Source: a virus (taxonomy: Duplodnaviria > Caudoviricetes). From it: a stretch of DNA of 64,000 bases. Positions within the stretch are counted from its first letter, which is position 1. The number at the start of each line of letters is the position of its first letter. Shown here piece after piece: positions 1 to 10,440 of the stretch. The notes under the pieces are model-generated. The model searched no databases and was not told the DNA's origin. It was given only the letters and a program-made list of their open reading frames with translations. The DNA lies in IMG/VR virus record IMGVR_UViG_2751185671_000004, positions 96,001-160,000 of that record, one strand, 5' to 3'. The position numbers were made by a program, and so were the translations under genes.

Positions 1-294
1 ACACAGGTCATGACTCTATTAAAGTCGTCAGAGATCGTCAAAGAGGTCACCACTATCGCTCAGGTTCACGACGATGAATTAGACGAAGCTATGGTAGCGG
101 TAGCACTCACAAAGATGACGACTATTTGGGAGCAACTCTTTCCTGATGAGCAGGCACGGCTCATTCATCTGATGATTGAGAAAATTATTATCACCCCTGA
201 TGATATGGATCTAAGGCTAAGAAAGAATGGACTCGAACAGCTGGCACAAGAAATAACACCGAAAACTTCGAAAGAGAAAGTGGTCAATGGATAA
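1..294 (+). CDS. C-terminal part of a large serine recombinase (DUF2924-associated island type); gene starts before the window
   Basis: WEQLFPDEQARLIHLMIEKIII...DLRLR matches the typical C-terminus of this recombinase family; overlaps the usual partner ORF. Confidence 0.7.
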   Translation, partial: TQVMTLLKSSEIVKEVTTIAQVHDDELDEAMVAVALTKMTTIWEQLFPDEQARLIHLMIEKIIITPDDMDLRLRKNGLEQLAQEITPKTSKEKVVNG

Positions 295-715
295 TCAAAC
301 AATACCTATGTCTCGTATAATTGAAAGCAGCGACGGTTCCCTCTCTATAAAGATCTCACTTAGACCTAAAGTGCGCAGTGGCCGTAAAATTATTACACTA
401 CCCGGTAACACAGATAGCGACTACCGCCCTTGGGATAGCGAACCCACGCCACTTCAATTAGCGCTAGCGAGGGCTTATGAGTGGGAGCAAAAACTCAACA
501 GCGGCGTCTATGGCTCGATAAAAGAGTTAGCGAATAAAGAAGGTGTGGATAATAGTTACGTCAGCCGTATCTTAAATCTTAACATATTGGCGCCAGATAT
601 AATCAAAGCGATTCTTGATGAAAATATATCCGAGGGGGTGACGCTCTTTACCCTGGGGGCGAATACGCCTATGGTATGGGAAGAGCAAAGAGTGAAGCTT
701 GGTGTCACCAAATAA
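287..715 (+). CDS. Conserved recombinase-partner protein with HTH-like segment
   Basis: LALARAYEW...SIKELANKEGVDNSYVSRILNLNILAPDII motif; translationally coupled to the recombinase. Confidence 0.7.
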   Translation: MDNQTIPMSRIIESSDGSLSIKISLRPKVRSGRKIITLPGNTDSDYRPWDSEPTPLQLALARAYEWEQKLNSGVYGSIKELANKEGVDNSYVSRILNLNILAPDIIKAILDENISEGVTLFTLGANTPMVWEEQRVKLGVTK

Positions 716-941
716 TATTAACTCCGCTAGTGGTGTTAACGGTTGCCACACTATACCATCAATAATACGTAGATGAAGAACCAAGCACACCCTTTTCAGG
801 CCAAATATTCAAAGATAACTTTTCGAATCACTTTATGTAGATCATTAAATCACACAATTTTTTCCTCAATAGATTAGAATTGCAATCAAAACTCTATTTG
901 ATGTATTACTAGTATAATACGTCAATTAAATTCCTGAAAAA

Positions 942-1532
942 TTAAGGTAGCTGTGATAAAGCCCAGTGCCCTCTCACAATATCACCATTGTTATCAACTG
1001 GAACTGAAGCCCAAGCACGAGTCGGTCTGTTAGTTCGCGGGCTACAATCCCCAACAATAGCTCGATATTTCCAACTTCCGTCATTTGCAATAACCACCAT
1101 AGACGAACCGACAAAGGAATAGCCGCTTGTGTTACCTGTATATCTATCTAATCGTTCAAATGCATTACTACATGCTATGTTCGAAGTAGGTAGCATTTTA
1201 TACGAGATTTGACGAGAAGCATTTGTATAAGTGTAGTCATAGGTAGCAATTGGTATTCCATCAGAGTATAACTTAATTTTGTAATCACCATTGCCCAGGC
1301 TTGGTGGCATTTCAGCAGTAATTTCTGTGTTAGAGAAACAAAAAGAACAAATTTGGAGTTGAACGTCTGATATTTTAATTTCTGGTATATTGTCATTATA
1401 TGTTAACCCTCGGCCTTGAATAATCAGTGTTGTTCCATCTGATGCAACCTGCTCAATAGATGTTCCTTCTATATCTAAAGCTTCACATGAAAACGCAATT
1501 CCTATTGTAAGATATAAAATTAGCTTAAACAT
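942..1532 (-). CDS. Secreted protein with IPT/TIG (Ig-like) domain
   Basis: Signal peptide; TLIIQGRGL...SNTEITAEMPPSLGNGDYKIKL is IPT/TIG-like. Confidence 0.55.
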   Translation of the reverse strand: MFKLILYLTIGIAFSCEALDIEGTSIEQVASDGTTLIIQGRGLTYNDNIPEIKISDVQLQICSFCFSNTEITAEMPPSLGNGDYKIKLYSDGIPIATYDYTYTNASRQISYKMLPTSNIACSNAFERLDRYTGNTSGYSFVGSSMVVIANDGSWKYRAIVGDCSPRTNRPTRAWASVPVDNNGDIVRGHWALSQLP

Positions 1533-1590
1533 AAGTTTATTACCTTTTAATACTTTGATATTTTAGTAGATCAGCAATTGCTGTTTATAG

Positions 1591-2078
1591 CTATCCTGCA
1601 CAAAAGTTAAAGATAGGAGTCTTAGCGAAAAAACCATCACTAATCACTATCTCTTCGTTTTGATAGTTAAAAACAAGATTGCTCAATTTAACAGAAACTG
1701 TACTTTCCCATACAGGAGTTGTATCAATTCTCTTAATTCGCACATCACCATCTGACGCTGGAATAACTATTTCTTTATTAGGTTCACAGACAATGTCACT
1801 ACCTTGATACACGCCATAGCACAATTAATATCTTCATATTCATTTAAGCTGATGAGTTCGACAAACCTAGCGACATCATATTTACCAGACTTGAGTGGAA
1901 TTTGAACAATTAAAAGCCATCGGCTATCTGATGTCTTTGAATAGCTATGAAAACAGTAATTCCAAAACGAGACAAACTCTAGTGATTTAGAATTGGCAAT
2001 ATATGATTCGCGTTCTTCTAATGGTACGCAGCCGTTTAATATATAAAAAGATATAAATATTGATATCAATCTTATCAT
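1591..2078 (-). pseudogene. Probable frameshifted lipoprotein (ORFs 1767-2078 and 1591-1824)
   Basis: Lipobox-like LNGC at the N-terminus of the first ORF; second ORF overlaps in another frame on the same strand. Confidence 0.35.
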
Positions 2079-2153
2079 TAGGAACTCGTTATCTTCATAA
2101 CAAAGAGCCAGATAACAAGTTCTTTGCTGTATACATTATTCGTTTTAGTAAAA

Positions 2154-2531
2154 TTATCTTACCAATTTAAGACAAGTATCCACAGGCAAACGATAACCGG
2201 TGATTATCTGTATTTGATTACAAGCTTGTCTTTTCGCCTCATTAAGTAAATTGTTACCCCATGGGGTCTCTAAAAGTAGCTTCATTTCTAAGTCGTCTTC
2301 CAGCATTTCATCTAGAACTATTAATAAACCCCAACTCAAAAATGTTATGCTCCCAGCCTCGTTTCCATTTAACCATGATTCAAATCTAGTAATATCTCTT
2401 CGAACACGTGATGAGTCAATATTATTTTCATCTACTGACCAAATTAACACTGATTCTTTTTGTAAATTATTAATCATAAATTTTTTCTTATGGGCTGAAT
2501 TACAATCAAAGATCAGCCGCAAAGCGGACAT
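2154..2531 (-). CDS. Hypothetical protein, co-oriented 15 bp downstream of AIPR
   Basis: 125-aa ORF with operon-like spacing. Confidence 0.55.
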   Translation of the reverse strand: MSALRLIFDCNSAHKKKFMINNLQKESVLIWSVDENNIDSSRVRRDITRFESWLNGNEAGSITFLSWGLLIVLDEMLEDDLEMKLLLETPWGNNLLNEAKRQACNQIQIITGYRLPVDTCLKLVR

Positions 2532-2546
2532 TTAGTTAGACTCGCT

Positions 2547-4211
2547 TTACGAAAGTAGATCACTCAACGACTCAGCCTTTCCCCGAGCAACATCTTTTTT
2601 GAAAATTTGCAATAGTTTGCTTCTTAGATCTCTCAACTTTGTAGGACTTTTCAAATCACTTTTATAATCAAATTTATCGCCCATATTTTCAACCTCGTAA
2701 TTAAGATCCATAACAATTAGTTTAAGTATTGACTCTATCGCGTCCATAAATTTTTCAACTTTACCGTCATCAAAAAGTTCAGCTGGAGACCTCGAATAAA
2801 CCAAAGCCACTTCATCAGATTTTATTAGCTCTGAAATAACGGACATTAAAAAAAATCTAGTCAACCCATACTTTGATAACGGTGTTGGCTGAATTCTAGG
2901 AGTAACTATCTTGATCTTCTCCATGATCAAATAAAGAAATATAATCCGATAAGCCGTTACAACGGGACGAGCAAAAATATCAGAATATTTATCATCAAAA
3001 AGCCTGTATACTTGATGACATGACTCCGGCTCCATTAAGTCATATGCAAGTAATAACTTGCCCGCCTCTTCATTAGTAATTAATGTTGTACCTTCCGATT
3101 GTTCTTGTCCTCTCTTTATTTCCAACTCGTAAATTCCATTTTCAATGTGAGAGAACTCTTTCTTTAATCTCAACTGGACTTCGTTAGTAGACTTCAAATC
3201 CCTCGGTTTAATGGCGTTTTGATTATTGCTATTTATTGTAATTTTTTTGGAAAGTTCTGGGTTTTGAATTTGAATTACTTTTGCAATAACTCTCAAATCT
3301 TCTGATAGCTTATCGGATAACTTTTTAAACGTAGATATGCTTTGAGCTCCATTTACAACCACATAATTAGCTATATTTAAACTATCGCCTTTCAGTTCTG
3401 CTTTTTCACATAATATATTTATTCCGTTATGATAGAGCGTGAAGTTTTCATGCTCTTTCTTATCATTGACACTTTCCATTAACGCTTTATTAACTTTAGT
3501 ATTTCCCAAAGATTGCCTTACATTCTGTGAAAAAAGCGTTCCGTCATCTATACCCTGCATACCTATGAGTTCAAGAGCTTTAACTGGTAATATATAAGTT
3601 GTTGCGCGGTCAGACGTATGAAGTACAATTGGCGTGACATAGCTCGTATCAAAGACGTGCTCGCCTTCAATACCACCTTCAGCTTCAATATCAATATATT
3701 TACTAACAATTGCGCGCCTATCGTATACAGTGATAGAACTATCTTGTCTGACAAATTCTTCTCCATTCTTATCCAATGGTTGATTAGAAATGAACACCCC
3801 TTCTACTTTATAGCCCTTCGAAATCAGATCTTTCACGTTACTTCTCTTAAGAATTTTTTTTAATTCTTCATTTGCACCACCATCAATTAACGCTTGAACT
3901 GAATCGACGTCAGATAATTGTGTAATAGTTCCTGCTAATTCTCTAAGTGACGCATCACCAATTGAAGACTCTTTCTGTTTTATTTTTCCTTGAAGAACTA
4001 ATACTTTCTTAAGTGTATGTTCAACCACTAGACCATCTATTCCGCGATCGTTTGCTCTATCACATATGGCATCGTCCGCAGCGACGCTATCTAAGCGAAA
4101 TATATTTTCTAAGAACCAGTTTAAAAAGGCTATAGACTCCCCACGCCCTTTTTCCTCGTAGGAAATGAGAATTTTTTTTAAATTTACGTATTCTAATTCT
4201 TGTAAGAACAC
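2547..4211 (-). CDS. AIPR family protein (abortive infection phage resistance)
   Basis: N-terminal DRGIDG..VLQGK nuclease-like motif; LFSQNVRQSLG, FTLYHNGINILC, VVNGAQS and NSNNQNAIKPRDLKS AIPR motifs. Confidence 0.85.
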   Translation of the reverse strand: MFLQELEYVNLKKILISYEEKGRGESIAFLNWFLENIFRLDSVAADDAICDRANDRGIDGLVVEHTLKKVLVLQGKIKQKESSIGDASLRELAGTITQLSDVDSVQALIDGGANEELKKILKRSNVKDLISKGYKVEGVFISNQPLDKNGEEFVRQDSSITVYDRRAIVSKYIDIEAEGGIEGEHVFDTSYVTPIVLHTSDRATTYILPVKALELIGMQGIDDGTLFSQNVRQSLGNTKVNKALMESVNDKKEHENFTLYHNGINILCEKAELKGDSLNIANYVVVNGAQSISTFKKLSDKLSEDLRVIAKVIQIQNPELSKKITINSNNQNAIKPRDLKSTNEVQLRLKKEFSHIENGIYELEIKRGQEQSEGTTLITNEEAGKLLLAYDLMEPESCHQVYRLFDDKYSDIFARPVVTAYRIIFLYLIMEKIKIVTPRIQPTPLSKYGLTRFFLMSVISELIKSDEVALVYSRSPAELFDDGKVEKFMDAIESILKLIVMDLNYEVENMGDKFDYKSDLKSPTKLRDLRSKLLQIFKKDVARGKAESLSDLLS

Positions 4212-4589
4212 TTATAGCTCCTGTCTATCAATAGTTATGAATTTTATCAAATGACACTTAGTTTATAGATCGCATTCCAGGTCACCATTCAGGGTCGTTT
4301 TCCACCTCACTCAATACAACATTTTAGCTGAAGCACTAAGCGGCTGCTTCGGACAATTTTCTGATCCAAATAATATCACCTTGTATATCCACTAAAGTTC
4401 AATTCGACGCCATATCTTTTTGGATGCCAATGCCAAAAAATTCCACTAAGTCGGGGGCTAGAAAATTAGAGTGCGCACTATTGAAGTCTATAGCGCAGAT
4501 ATTTTTAGTGGCACTCCGTTCTGCAGCTGAAAAATAAAAGCGAAGGCCAAAACTTTTACTAGTAGGATTAGAGGGCATTTGTTAGGTCA

Positions 4590-5141
4590 TTACCTATTCT
4601 CAGGGTGTACTTTTTCTTTAAGTATTTGGACTAGTTGCTCTGCACTTAAAGAATCTAAATAGAAGTTATTTCTCATCTTATTGAAAACCGTCAACATCCT
4701 GCGATAGCTATCTACTGATGGAAGGTGCGAATTAAAGTTTCTTCCTTTAAACTCTTCAAAGCGATCAAGTTGATTCACAATAAACGATGCAGTTCCCATA
4801 TAATCAGTTTCATTGTTGCCATCAAAACCTCTAAACTTTGGATCTTTGCCAAATGGTGATGCTTCTTTCTCAACATAAGCCCTATCTTCGTCATTAAGCT
4901 CGCCGTAGCTATACTCAATAAAACTCCACATATCTAGAATATCTAGTACTTCTTTTACGATTCCAGGTGTCTCTTGATTTTCAAAGGGGATACCGGAGTA
5001 TTTCCATGGTATACTCCACGTTTTATCGCTATATATTGCAGAACGAATAAAGTCAGGCTCAATTTCACCATCTACGTCTAAAGTATCATAAAGCTCGCTG
5101 AGCATTAACAGTATTAGTTTTTCACCATCTGTAATTTTCAT
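4590..5141 (-). CDS. yfbU: YfbU family protein
   Basis: EVLDILDMW, FRGFDGNNE and FNSH..YRRML motifs. Confidence 0.85.
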   Translation of the reverse strand: MKITDGEKLILLMLSELYDTLDVDGEIEPDFIRSAIYSDKTWSIPWKYSGIPFENQETPGIVKEVLDILDMWSFIEYSYGELNDEDRAYVEKEASPFGKDPKFRGFDGNNETDYMGTASFIVNQLDRFEEFKGRNFNSHLPSVDSYRRMLTVFNKMRNNFYLDSLSAEQLVQILKEKVHPENR

Positions 5142-5152
5142 TGTTATTTCCC

Positions 5153-5665
5153 TTAATTAAAGCGGGTTGTAATACTCTCTCTCTTTTCGTCAGAAAGAGT
5201 CTTTACGGTTGGCATAAAATCATTGATTTTGTAGTAAATACTTTTGCCTGCCGCCTTTTTATCTTCAAACGATTTAGCTTCAGACAACGCTTCTATGTCA
5301 TCATTTAAAGCCGCACACAGCTCTTTAGCTTTGTTATCAAAGAACTCTGTAAAGTGCGAGCTTTGCTCATTAATAAAGCGGGAGAACTCTTCTACCTCCT
5401 TTGCAATGCCTGCACAATTTACACCACGAAGCATTGTTGGGTTACATGAAGGCCCAACCTTTGAAACAGTTTTCAAAACCCTGCTCGTTTCTGCATGAAC
5501 TTGAGATACTTCAGCCAATTTTCGTCTGTCAACAATCTCATTTTTGACGATTTCGGCTTTTTTTGCGGATGTTGATGCCTTACTAGCTTCAACCCAAGCC
5601 CAGATCGCAGCACCAATAGAAGCAATGCTCCCCAGTACTGATACCCATTTTTCTATTGAATCCAA
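5153..5665 (-). CDS. Hypothetical protein with N-terminal TM helix
   Basis: WVSVLGSIASIGAAIWAWV; coupled to yfbU within one cassette. Confidence 0.6.
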   Translation of the reverse strand: MDSIEKWVSVLGSIASIGAAIWAWVEASKASTSAKKAEIVKNEIVDRRKLAEVSQVHAETSRVLKTVSKVGPSCNPTMLRGVNCAGIAKEVEEFSRFINEQSSHFTEFFDNKAKELCAALNDDIEALSEAKSFEDKKAAGKSIYYKINDFMPTVKTLSDEKRESITTRFN

Positions 5666-6073
5666 AACATTATCCTGCTTGACTCCTGATAGAACCTAAC
5701 AGCAGGTTATGTCGGGATTCCCGAATATCCACTGCTGTTTTTCAATTAACATTCTAAGTAAAACCCCAACAACTTCAATGAGCAAAAAGAATCTACTTAA
5801 ACAACCTCTACTCGCAATAGTAAGCCTCTGTATTTAACGAGACTCTGGTGGTCTTTTACGCGAGCAGCAGAAGTTAGAATATCCATCCGTTTCGAACGTT
5901 CGCTCTTAAGAGTTTCTTCGTCATTCTAGCTTTTCCGCTAGTGGCCGCAAGGTGCAAACTCCCACCATCAACGTTATCATACAACTCATCTGCTATTATT
6001 TTATTCAGTGCCAAGCTTGATCCATTTTCACCTACTAAATAATAGGTAAAGTTAGGAAAACTTACATTTGCAG

Positions 6074-6760
6074 TTATAAATTCAAAGCTGTTTTAATAAG
6101 TGAGTAGTCGTCTTTAGTAACAAGCGCTTTCGCCCCCATATCTCTCACCATCATTTCTGGCCCTTTACAATGTAATTTTAGAGGGTTTCCTTCTTGAGGA
6201 ATAACTGCAAACAGTGGATGTTTTTCCTGAACACAGAATTTAGCATGCGTTGTTGTGCCGCTTCTAACATCAGATTCGACAATAATGGAACACTTAGATA
6301 ATCCGACTTGTATGCGGTTACGTGGCACAAAGTTTTGTCTACTCGCTCGAGCACCTTCTGGATGTTCTGAAACCCATAGACCACCAGATTCCAATATTTG
6401 GTAGCCTAACTGTTGATTGGCCTTGGGTTCCGCCGTATGTAAACCATGGGCCAACACAGCAATCGTGTTTCCAGCTACGTCTAGACACCCCCTATGGGCT
6501 TCAGCATCAATACCTAAAGCAAGCCCACTGACCACTGTCGCTCCCAAGCTAACACAGTGGCGAGCTATTCTATTTGTTATTTTTAAGCCATTAGTTGTGG
6601 CATTACGTGTGCCAACAATGGCCACACCTAGAGAAGACACGAGCAAATCTAAGTTGCCTCGAGCGTAAAGTATGCGTGGGGGACTCATGATATTACGAAG
6701 ACTGTCTGGATAATAATCAGAATCTTGGTCTATTGCATGTATTTCTGTATTTTGCTGCAC
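6074..6760 (-). CDS. dprA: DprA/Smf (SLOG) family protein, ShosA-like
   Basis: VAIVGTR, VVSGLALGIDAEAH, TIAVLAHG and FVPRNRIQVGLS motifs; lacks C-terminal extension of housekeeping DprA. Confidence 0.85.
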   Translation of the reverse strand: MQQNTEIHAIDQDSDYYPDSLRNIMSPPRILYARGNLDLLVSSLGVAIVGTRNATTNGLKITNRIARHCVSLGATVVSGLALGIDAEAHRGCLDVAGNTIAVLAHGLHTAEPKANQQLGYQILESGGLWVSEHPEGARASRQNFVPRNRIQVGLSKCSIIVESDVRSGTTTHAKFCVQEKHPLFAVIPQEGNPLKLHCKGPEMMVRDMGAKALVTKDDYSLIKTALNL

Positions 6761-6771
6761 AGTTGGCTGCT

Positions 6772-7326
6772 CTATCCTCTCATTGTTCTGCCTAACACTA
6801 CCGCGATTCTAACTAATGCACCAGCATCCGTTAATACATCAATGCCTGCTTTTATTGAATTAGTTGTTGTCGTTACATCGTCGAGTAGGATAACAGATCT
6901 ACCTCCAATCTTTCGTGCAATATCAATTGGAATAGCTGTCGATGCTAGTGCATCCTCTTTCCTCCGACTACCACCTTTGTGAGCCGCTAGCTTTGTCTTG
7001 GTGCGTAGGATTAAGTTATAATCGGGGTTTTGGACTGAAAACTCAAAGGATAGGTTCTTAATTAGCTTAGCGAAGCCTGCATGAGACCTACCGTGTGTTG
7101 ACGATGGAATCGTTGCAATAAAGACGGGTTGGCGACCTAGTCCTTTTCCGCGTAAGTAGGTAATAAGTTTGTTAGAGAAGACAGAAACGGCTTCATCTTT
7201 ACCGTCTTTAAAATCAAGAATCTGACGGCTATGAATATCAACAGAGCCTGAACTAACTGGATAGTAGTTACCCATTGCCACAATTGGAATACTCTTATAA
7301 AAATCAACGTGAAATACCATTTTCAA
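6772..7326 (-). CDS. Phosphoribosyltransferase (ComF-like), ShosT-like
   Basis: PRPP-binding loop VILLDDVTTTTNSI; 11 bp upstream of the dprA-like gene. Confidence 0.8.
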   Translation of the reverse strand: MKMVFHVDFYKSIPIVAMGNYYPVSSGSVDIHSRQILDFKDGKDEAVSVFSNKLITYLRGKGLGRQPVFIATIPSSTHGRSHAGFAKLIKNLSFEFSVQNPDYNLILRTKTKLAAHKGGSRRKEDALASTAIPIDIARKIGGRSVILLDDVTTTTNSIKAGIDVLTDAGALVRIAVVLGRTMRG

Positions 7327-7538
7327 TCCGTTTGTCAGCTAACAATTAAGGCAACTTACCATTAACGAAAAAAACTTTGGCGACAAAAAGACTTTATTTG
7401 CGACTATATTGTTCACCCGTAGCAAATCTATCATCTAGTTACAGCTTTTAATAAATGTATAATGGCAAAAACATTAATGATTTAGCAATAGGGCAATCAA
7501 TGAATAAATTACGTATATTTTTAGGAGTTTGAAAAGGG

Positions 7539-8039
7539 ATGTTTGCAAAACTCCAAGCCTTAACATTAGTAATTACTATTCTTTTCTACTCTGAGATCTC
7601 ATTCTCGTTTACGGAAGAATATGATAAATGGAAAGCAGTGTATTTTACATGTAGTCGAGAAGAAGCAATAAAACTTCTCCAAAATCCTCAATTTAATAGG
7701 AATAGTATAATTGCATCCAAAAAAGCAAGCGATATTTGTACATTTAAATTAGGAAGCCCACCTCAGCGCTTGTATGATTTTGAAGAAGTCTTTTTTAAGA
7801 AGCTATCTAAAATAGATCCTAAATATCGACAAGGCGCAAAGACTTATAACTTCATCAGGGAATTGAAAAATTTAATTCGCAATGAACCCCTCTCAAATAA
7901 GACTCACATTCTTAATAAGGCACAAAAAATTTATAGCACAAATTTATGCCAAGATATTAATATGAGTTATTGCAAACCATCATTGTACATAGGATTGATT
8001 AGCAACTTAATTGACTCTTATCAAGACGTATTGAAGTAG
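7539..8039 (+). CDS. Hypothetical exported protein
   Basis: Hydrophobic N-terminus, RBS upstream. Confidence 0.5.
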   Translation: MFAKLQALTLVITILFYSEISFSFTEEYDKWKAVYFTCSREEAIKLLQNPQFNRNSIIASKKASDICTFKLGSPPQRLYDFEEVFFKKLSKIDPKYRQGAKTYNFIRELKNLIRNEPLSNKTHILNKAQKIYSTNLCQDINMSYCKPSLYIGLISNLIDSYQDVLK

Positions 8040-8146
8040 AGTTTAAAAAGACTAAATAGTAGTGATATGTTATAACTTGAATAGCATTTAAAAGACACTA
8101 AGCCTTGTTTATAACAGAGAACAACCATAAATAAGCTGTTAGGATT

Positions 8147-9052
8147 ATGAAAAAAAATAGGAAATATATCATGAAATTAGAAAAAGCTTTTTCAGAGGAT
8201 GTGAAGCTAAACATTACTGCCCGACAAGCAGACATGAAATTTGCTGAAGGAGTTATACAGTCAAAATTTAACTTCCAATGTCCGGGTAAAAACTGTGATG
8301 CACCCGTTACTTGCGCTAATCTAGATCGTCCGCTAGAAAAGAGAAAGCGTGACCCTTACTATATAATCGTTGGTGAACATAGCTCTCAATGCAATATAGC
8401 AAAAGATATTGATAATCAAAAGAAAGCCTCAAAAACAACGATGGATATATACAAAGATAGTGACGAGTATATAGATCATGCTATTCGAATAAATCTCCAA
8501 CCACCAAGTACAAAAAGGCTTGAATCAGGCGATCTTGCAAAGAATAGTGAATATAGTGAAAGTAGGATTAGTCGCGGGAGGGTGATAGCTGGAAAGCGTA
8601 AAATCCAGCGAACAAAAACACTTTCTTCATTAATCGACGCATATTTAGCAAAAGAATCATTGATCGTACAGTTACCAGAAACAGGGTTGATTGACCTCAA
8701 CAATCTATTTATTGAAATTAATGGGCAAAATTTAGCTGATTTTGAAGATGAATTTCGAATTTATTACGGAAAGGCATGGTTTAATAAAAAAGAGCATGGG
8801 TACTCTATCGTTTTCGATAAAACACTTACATCAGGTGATATCATTAAGCGCCCGTCAACCTATATTCCAATAAGTAAACTGGAAGTATCAGGTTTTAAAC
8901 GCTTTAACCTAGACACATTAGAAAGAACTGCCGATAACAAACCCAAGATGGTTTTTTTAATTTCAGAGACGGGGCCTAGAGTTAAAGATGGGCATATCAA
9001 TATATGGTGTGAAAGTCCTGAATATTTGGATTACAGATTGTTAGAAAAATAA
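8147..9052 (+). CDS. Hypothetical protein with CoiA-like N-terminal zinc finger
   Basis: FQCPGKNCDAPV...PYY...HSSQC. Confidence 0.55.
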   Translation: MKKNRKYIMKLEKAFSEDVKLNITARQADMKFAEGVIQSKFNFQCPGKNCDAPVTCANLDRPLEKRKRDPYYIIVGEHSSQCNIAKDIDNQKKASKTTMDIYKDSDEYIDHAIRINLQPPSTKRLESGDLAKNSEYSESRISRGRVIAGKRKIQRTKTLSSLIDAYLAKESLIVQLPETGLIDLNNLFIEINGQNLADFEDEFRIYYGKAWFNKKEHGYSIVFDKTLTSGDIIKRPSTYIPISKLEVSGFKRFNLDTLERTADNKPKMVFLISETGPRVKDGHINIWCESPEYLDYRLLEK

Positions 9053-9325
9053 TATGTAGAAAAACTGGACACAAATAAAGGGGGTACTTCTCTGTAAATA
9101 CTCTGTTTAGCAGTGTGTATAAACTCTTTCCTGGCATCTAGTTAAATATAGTGGCTTATTTTTTCTAGTAAATTTTTTTAAGTGTATTGTTGCACCCCCT
9201 TTAACCTGTTAGAGTTTTATCTACAACATTAATTGAAAGACCTCTGTGGGATAAACGGGAATTCTGACTAATATACTTATGTTTACTAAAGAACTCTACT
9301 CATTAACTAAGGTTAGGAGTGTGAA

Positions 9326-9559
9326 ATGTCGAATATCGAAGTTACTCTTCCAGCAGTAGATGGAAGTCTTTATTGTCCTCATGAGTTCGGTGAATCCTGC
9401 AAACTAGCGATTCATACCCTCATTTCCGATGATTTCGCGGCACCACCCCAAAATATGGTAATTGAAGTAAAAACAGAATCAGGAAAATCAGTAAAAGTCT
9501 ATGTACCTTATGATCGTAATCTTAACGCATCAGTAACTGTAGATGGTGAAGCACTATAA
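9326..9559 (+). CDS. Small hypothetical cassette protein
   Basis: AGGAG RBS; followed by an attC-like site. Confidence 0.55.
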   Translation: MSNIEVTLPAVDGSLYCPHEFGESCKLAIHTLISDDFAAPPQNMVIEVKTESGKSVKVYVPYDRNLNASVTVDGEAL

Positions 9560-9620
9560 ACATGACAAGCCAATTAAACTAGGACGCCGTAAACTGCAGC
9601 CTTTGTTGGAACGTTAAATA
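9560..9620 (+). repeat. Degenerate attC-like site
   Basis: Immediately after a stop codon; ACATGACAAGCCAAT...TTGGAACGTTAAAT with GTTRRRY core. Confidence 0.35.
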
Positions 9621-9644
9621 AATTATGGATATATCGAGATAACT

Positions 9645-10094
9645 ATGAGTGATGGAATAATTGCCGAAGCACGTTATATTTGTTCAAACTGTGGTCATGA
9701 ACACACTTTGAGTAAAGATGAAATAATGTTTGAAGCAGAGTCTGCGTCTGAAAGAGGTATGGGAAAAGAATGCCAGTACACTGCTTATATTGATTACCCA
9801 TGTGATAATTGTAATGAAGATATACATTTAAAATTTGAAGCATGGGAATACCCTAACGGTATCCTTAATGATACTAGTCATGAAGCATCTGGGGCAAAAA
9901 TACTCGATGTCAGTTTTAAAACTTACCATCGACCACCTGATCCAGAAGAAGATAATTCCAGAGTATTGGGGGCAGCCGCAGGCGGGGCAATATTTGGCGC
10001 TTCGGTTGGCGGACCTTTTGGTGCCCTCATTGGCGGTATTGTTGGTGGATTAATCGGTGACTCTGTAAAAAATGGTGGCAAGAAGAATGGATAA
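9645..10094 (+). CDS. Zinc-ribbon protein with C-terminal glycine zipper
   Basis: CSNC and CDNC; GAAAGGAIFGASVGGPFGALIGGIVGGLIG. Confidence 0.65.
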   Translation: MSDGIIAEARYICSNCGHEHTLSKDEIMFEAESASERGMGKECQYTAYIDYPCDNCNEDIHLKFEAWEYPNGILNDTSHEASGAKILDVSFKTYHRPPDPEEDNSRVLGAAAGGAIFGASVGGPFGALIGGIVGGLIGDSVKNGGKKNG

Positions 10095-10440
10095 AGCCAT
10101 ATTCATACCTTCAGCCATTATTGGGGTCATATTGATAAGTATCTATGCATACAGATGTCATGCAGCAAAAAAAGAATTCAATCAGGCTGTCATGGTTAAT
10201 GCCATTCTTCAGTCAAGTGGCGTTGTGTGCGGTGCACTTTTAGTAGCCGGTACAATAAATGAAGATGCGAGAGAGCTTTTAAAAGAAATCGACCTTTACA
10301 TTTTCATTGCCGGGATGGTGATTGTAGCCGCTTCATTAAAAGGTATTTATTCGGATATATTTTTATCCACTAAGGCAAATGGTTCTAAATTACCTAACAA
10401 TGCAAGCAGTACGGACGCAAAAGGTCGCACCACCTATTAA
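10072..10440 (+). CDS. Membrane protein (3 TM), coupled to the upstream gene
   Basis: Three hydrophobic segments; overlapping start. Confidence 0.6.
   Translation: MVARRMDKAIFIPSAIIGVILISIYAYRCHAAKKEFNQAVMVNAILQSSGVVCGALLVAGTINEDARELLKEIDLYIFIAGMVIVAASLKGIYSDIFLSTKANGSKLPNNASSTDAKGRTTY

Larger units (their letters stand above)
4581..5700 (-). mobile_element. Integron-type two-gene cassette
   Basis: On the minus strand it begins with core GTTAGGT (5700-5694) and has the exactly complementary inverse core ACCTAAC (4587-4581) just after the yfbU stop. Confidence 0.5.

Noticed and set aside
6074-9052. Natural competence locus (dprA/comF/coiA)
   Set aside because: Proteins are truncated or divergent, lie in island cargo, and no uptake genes are present.
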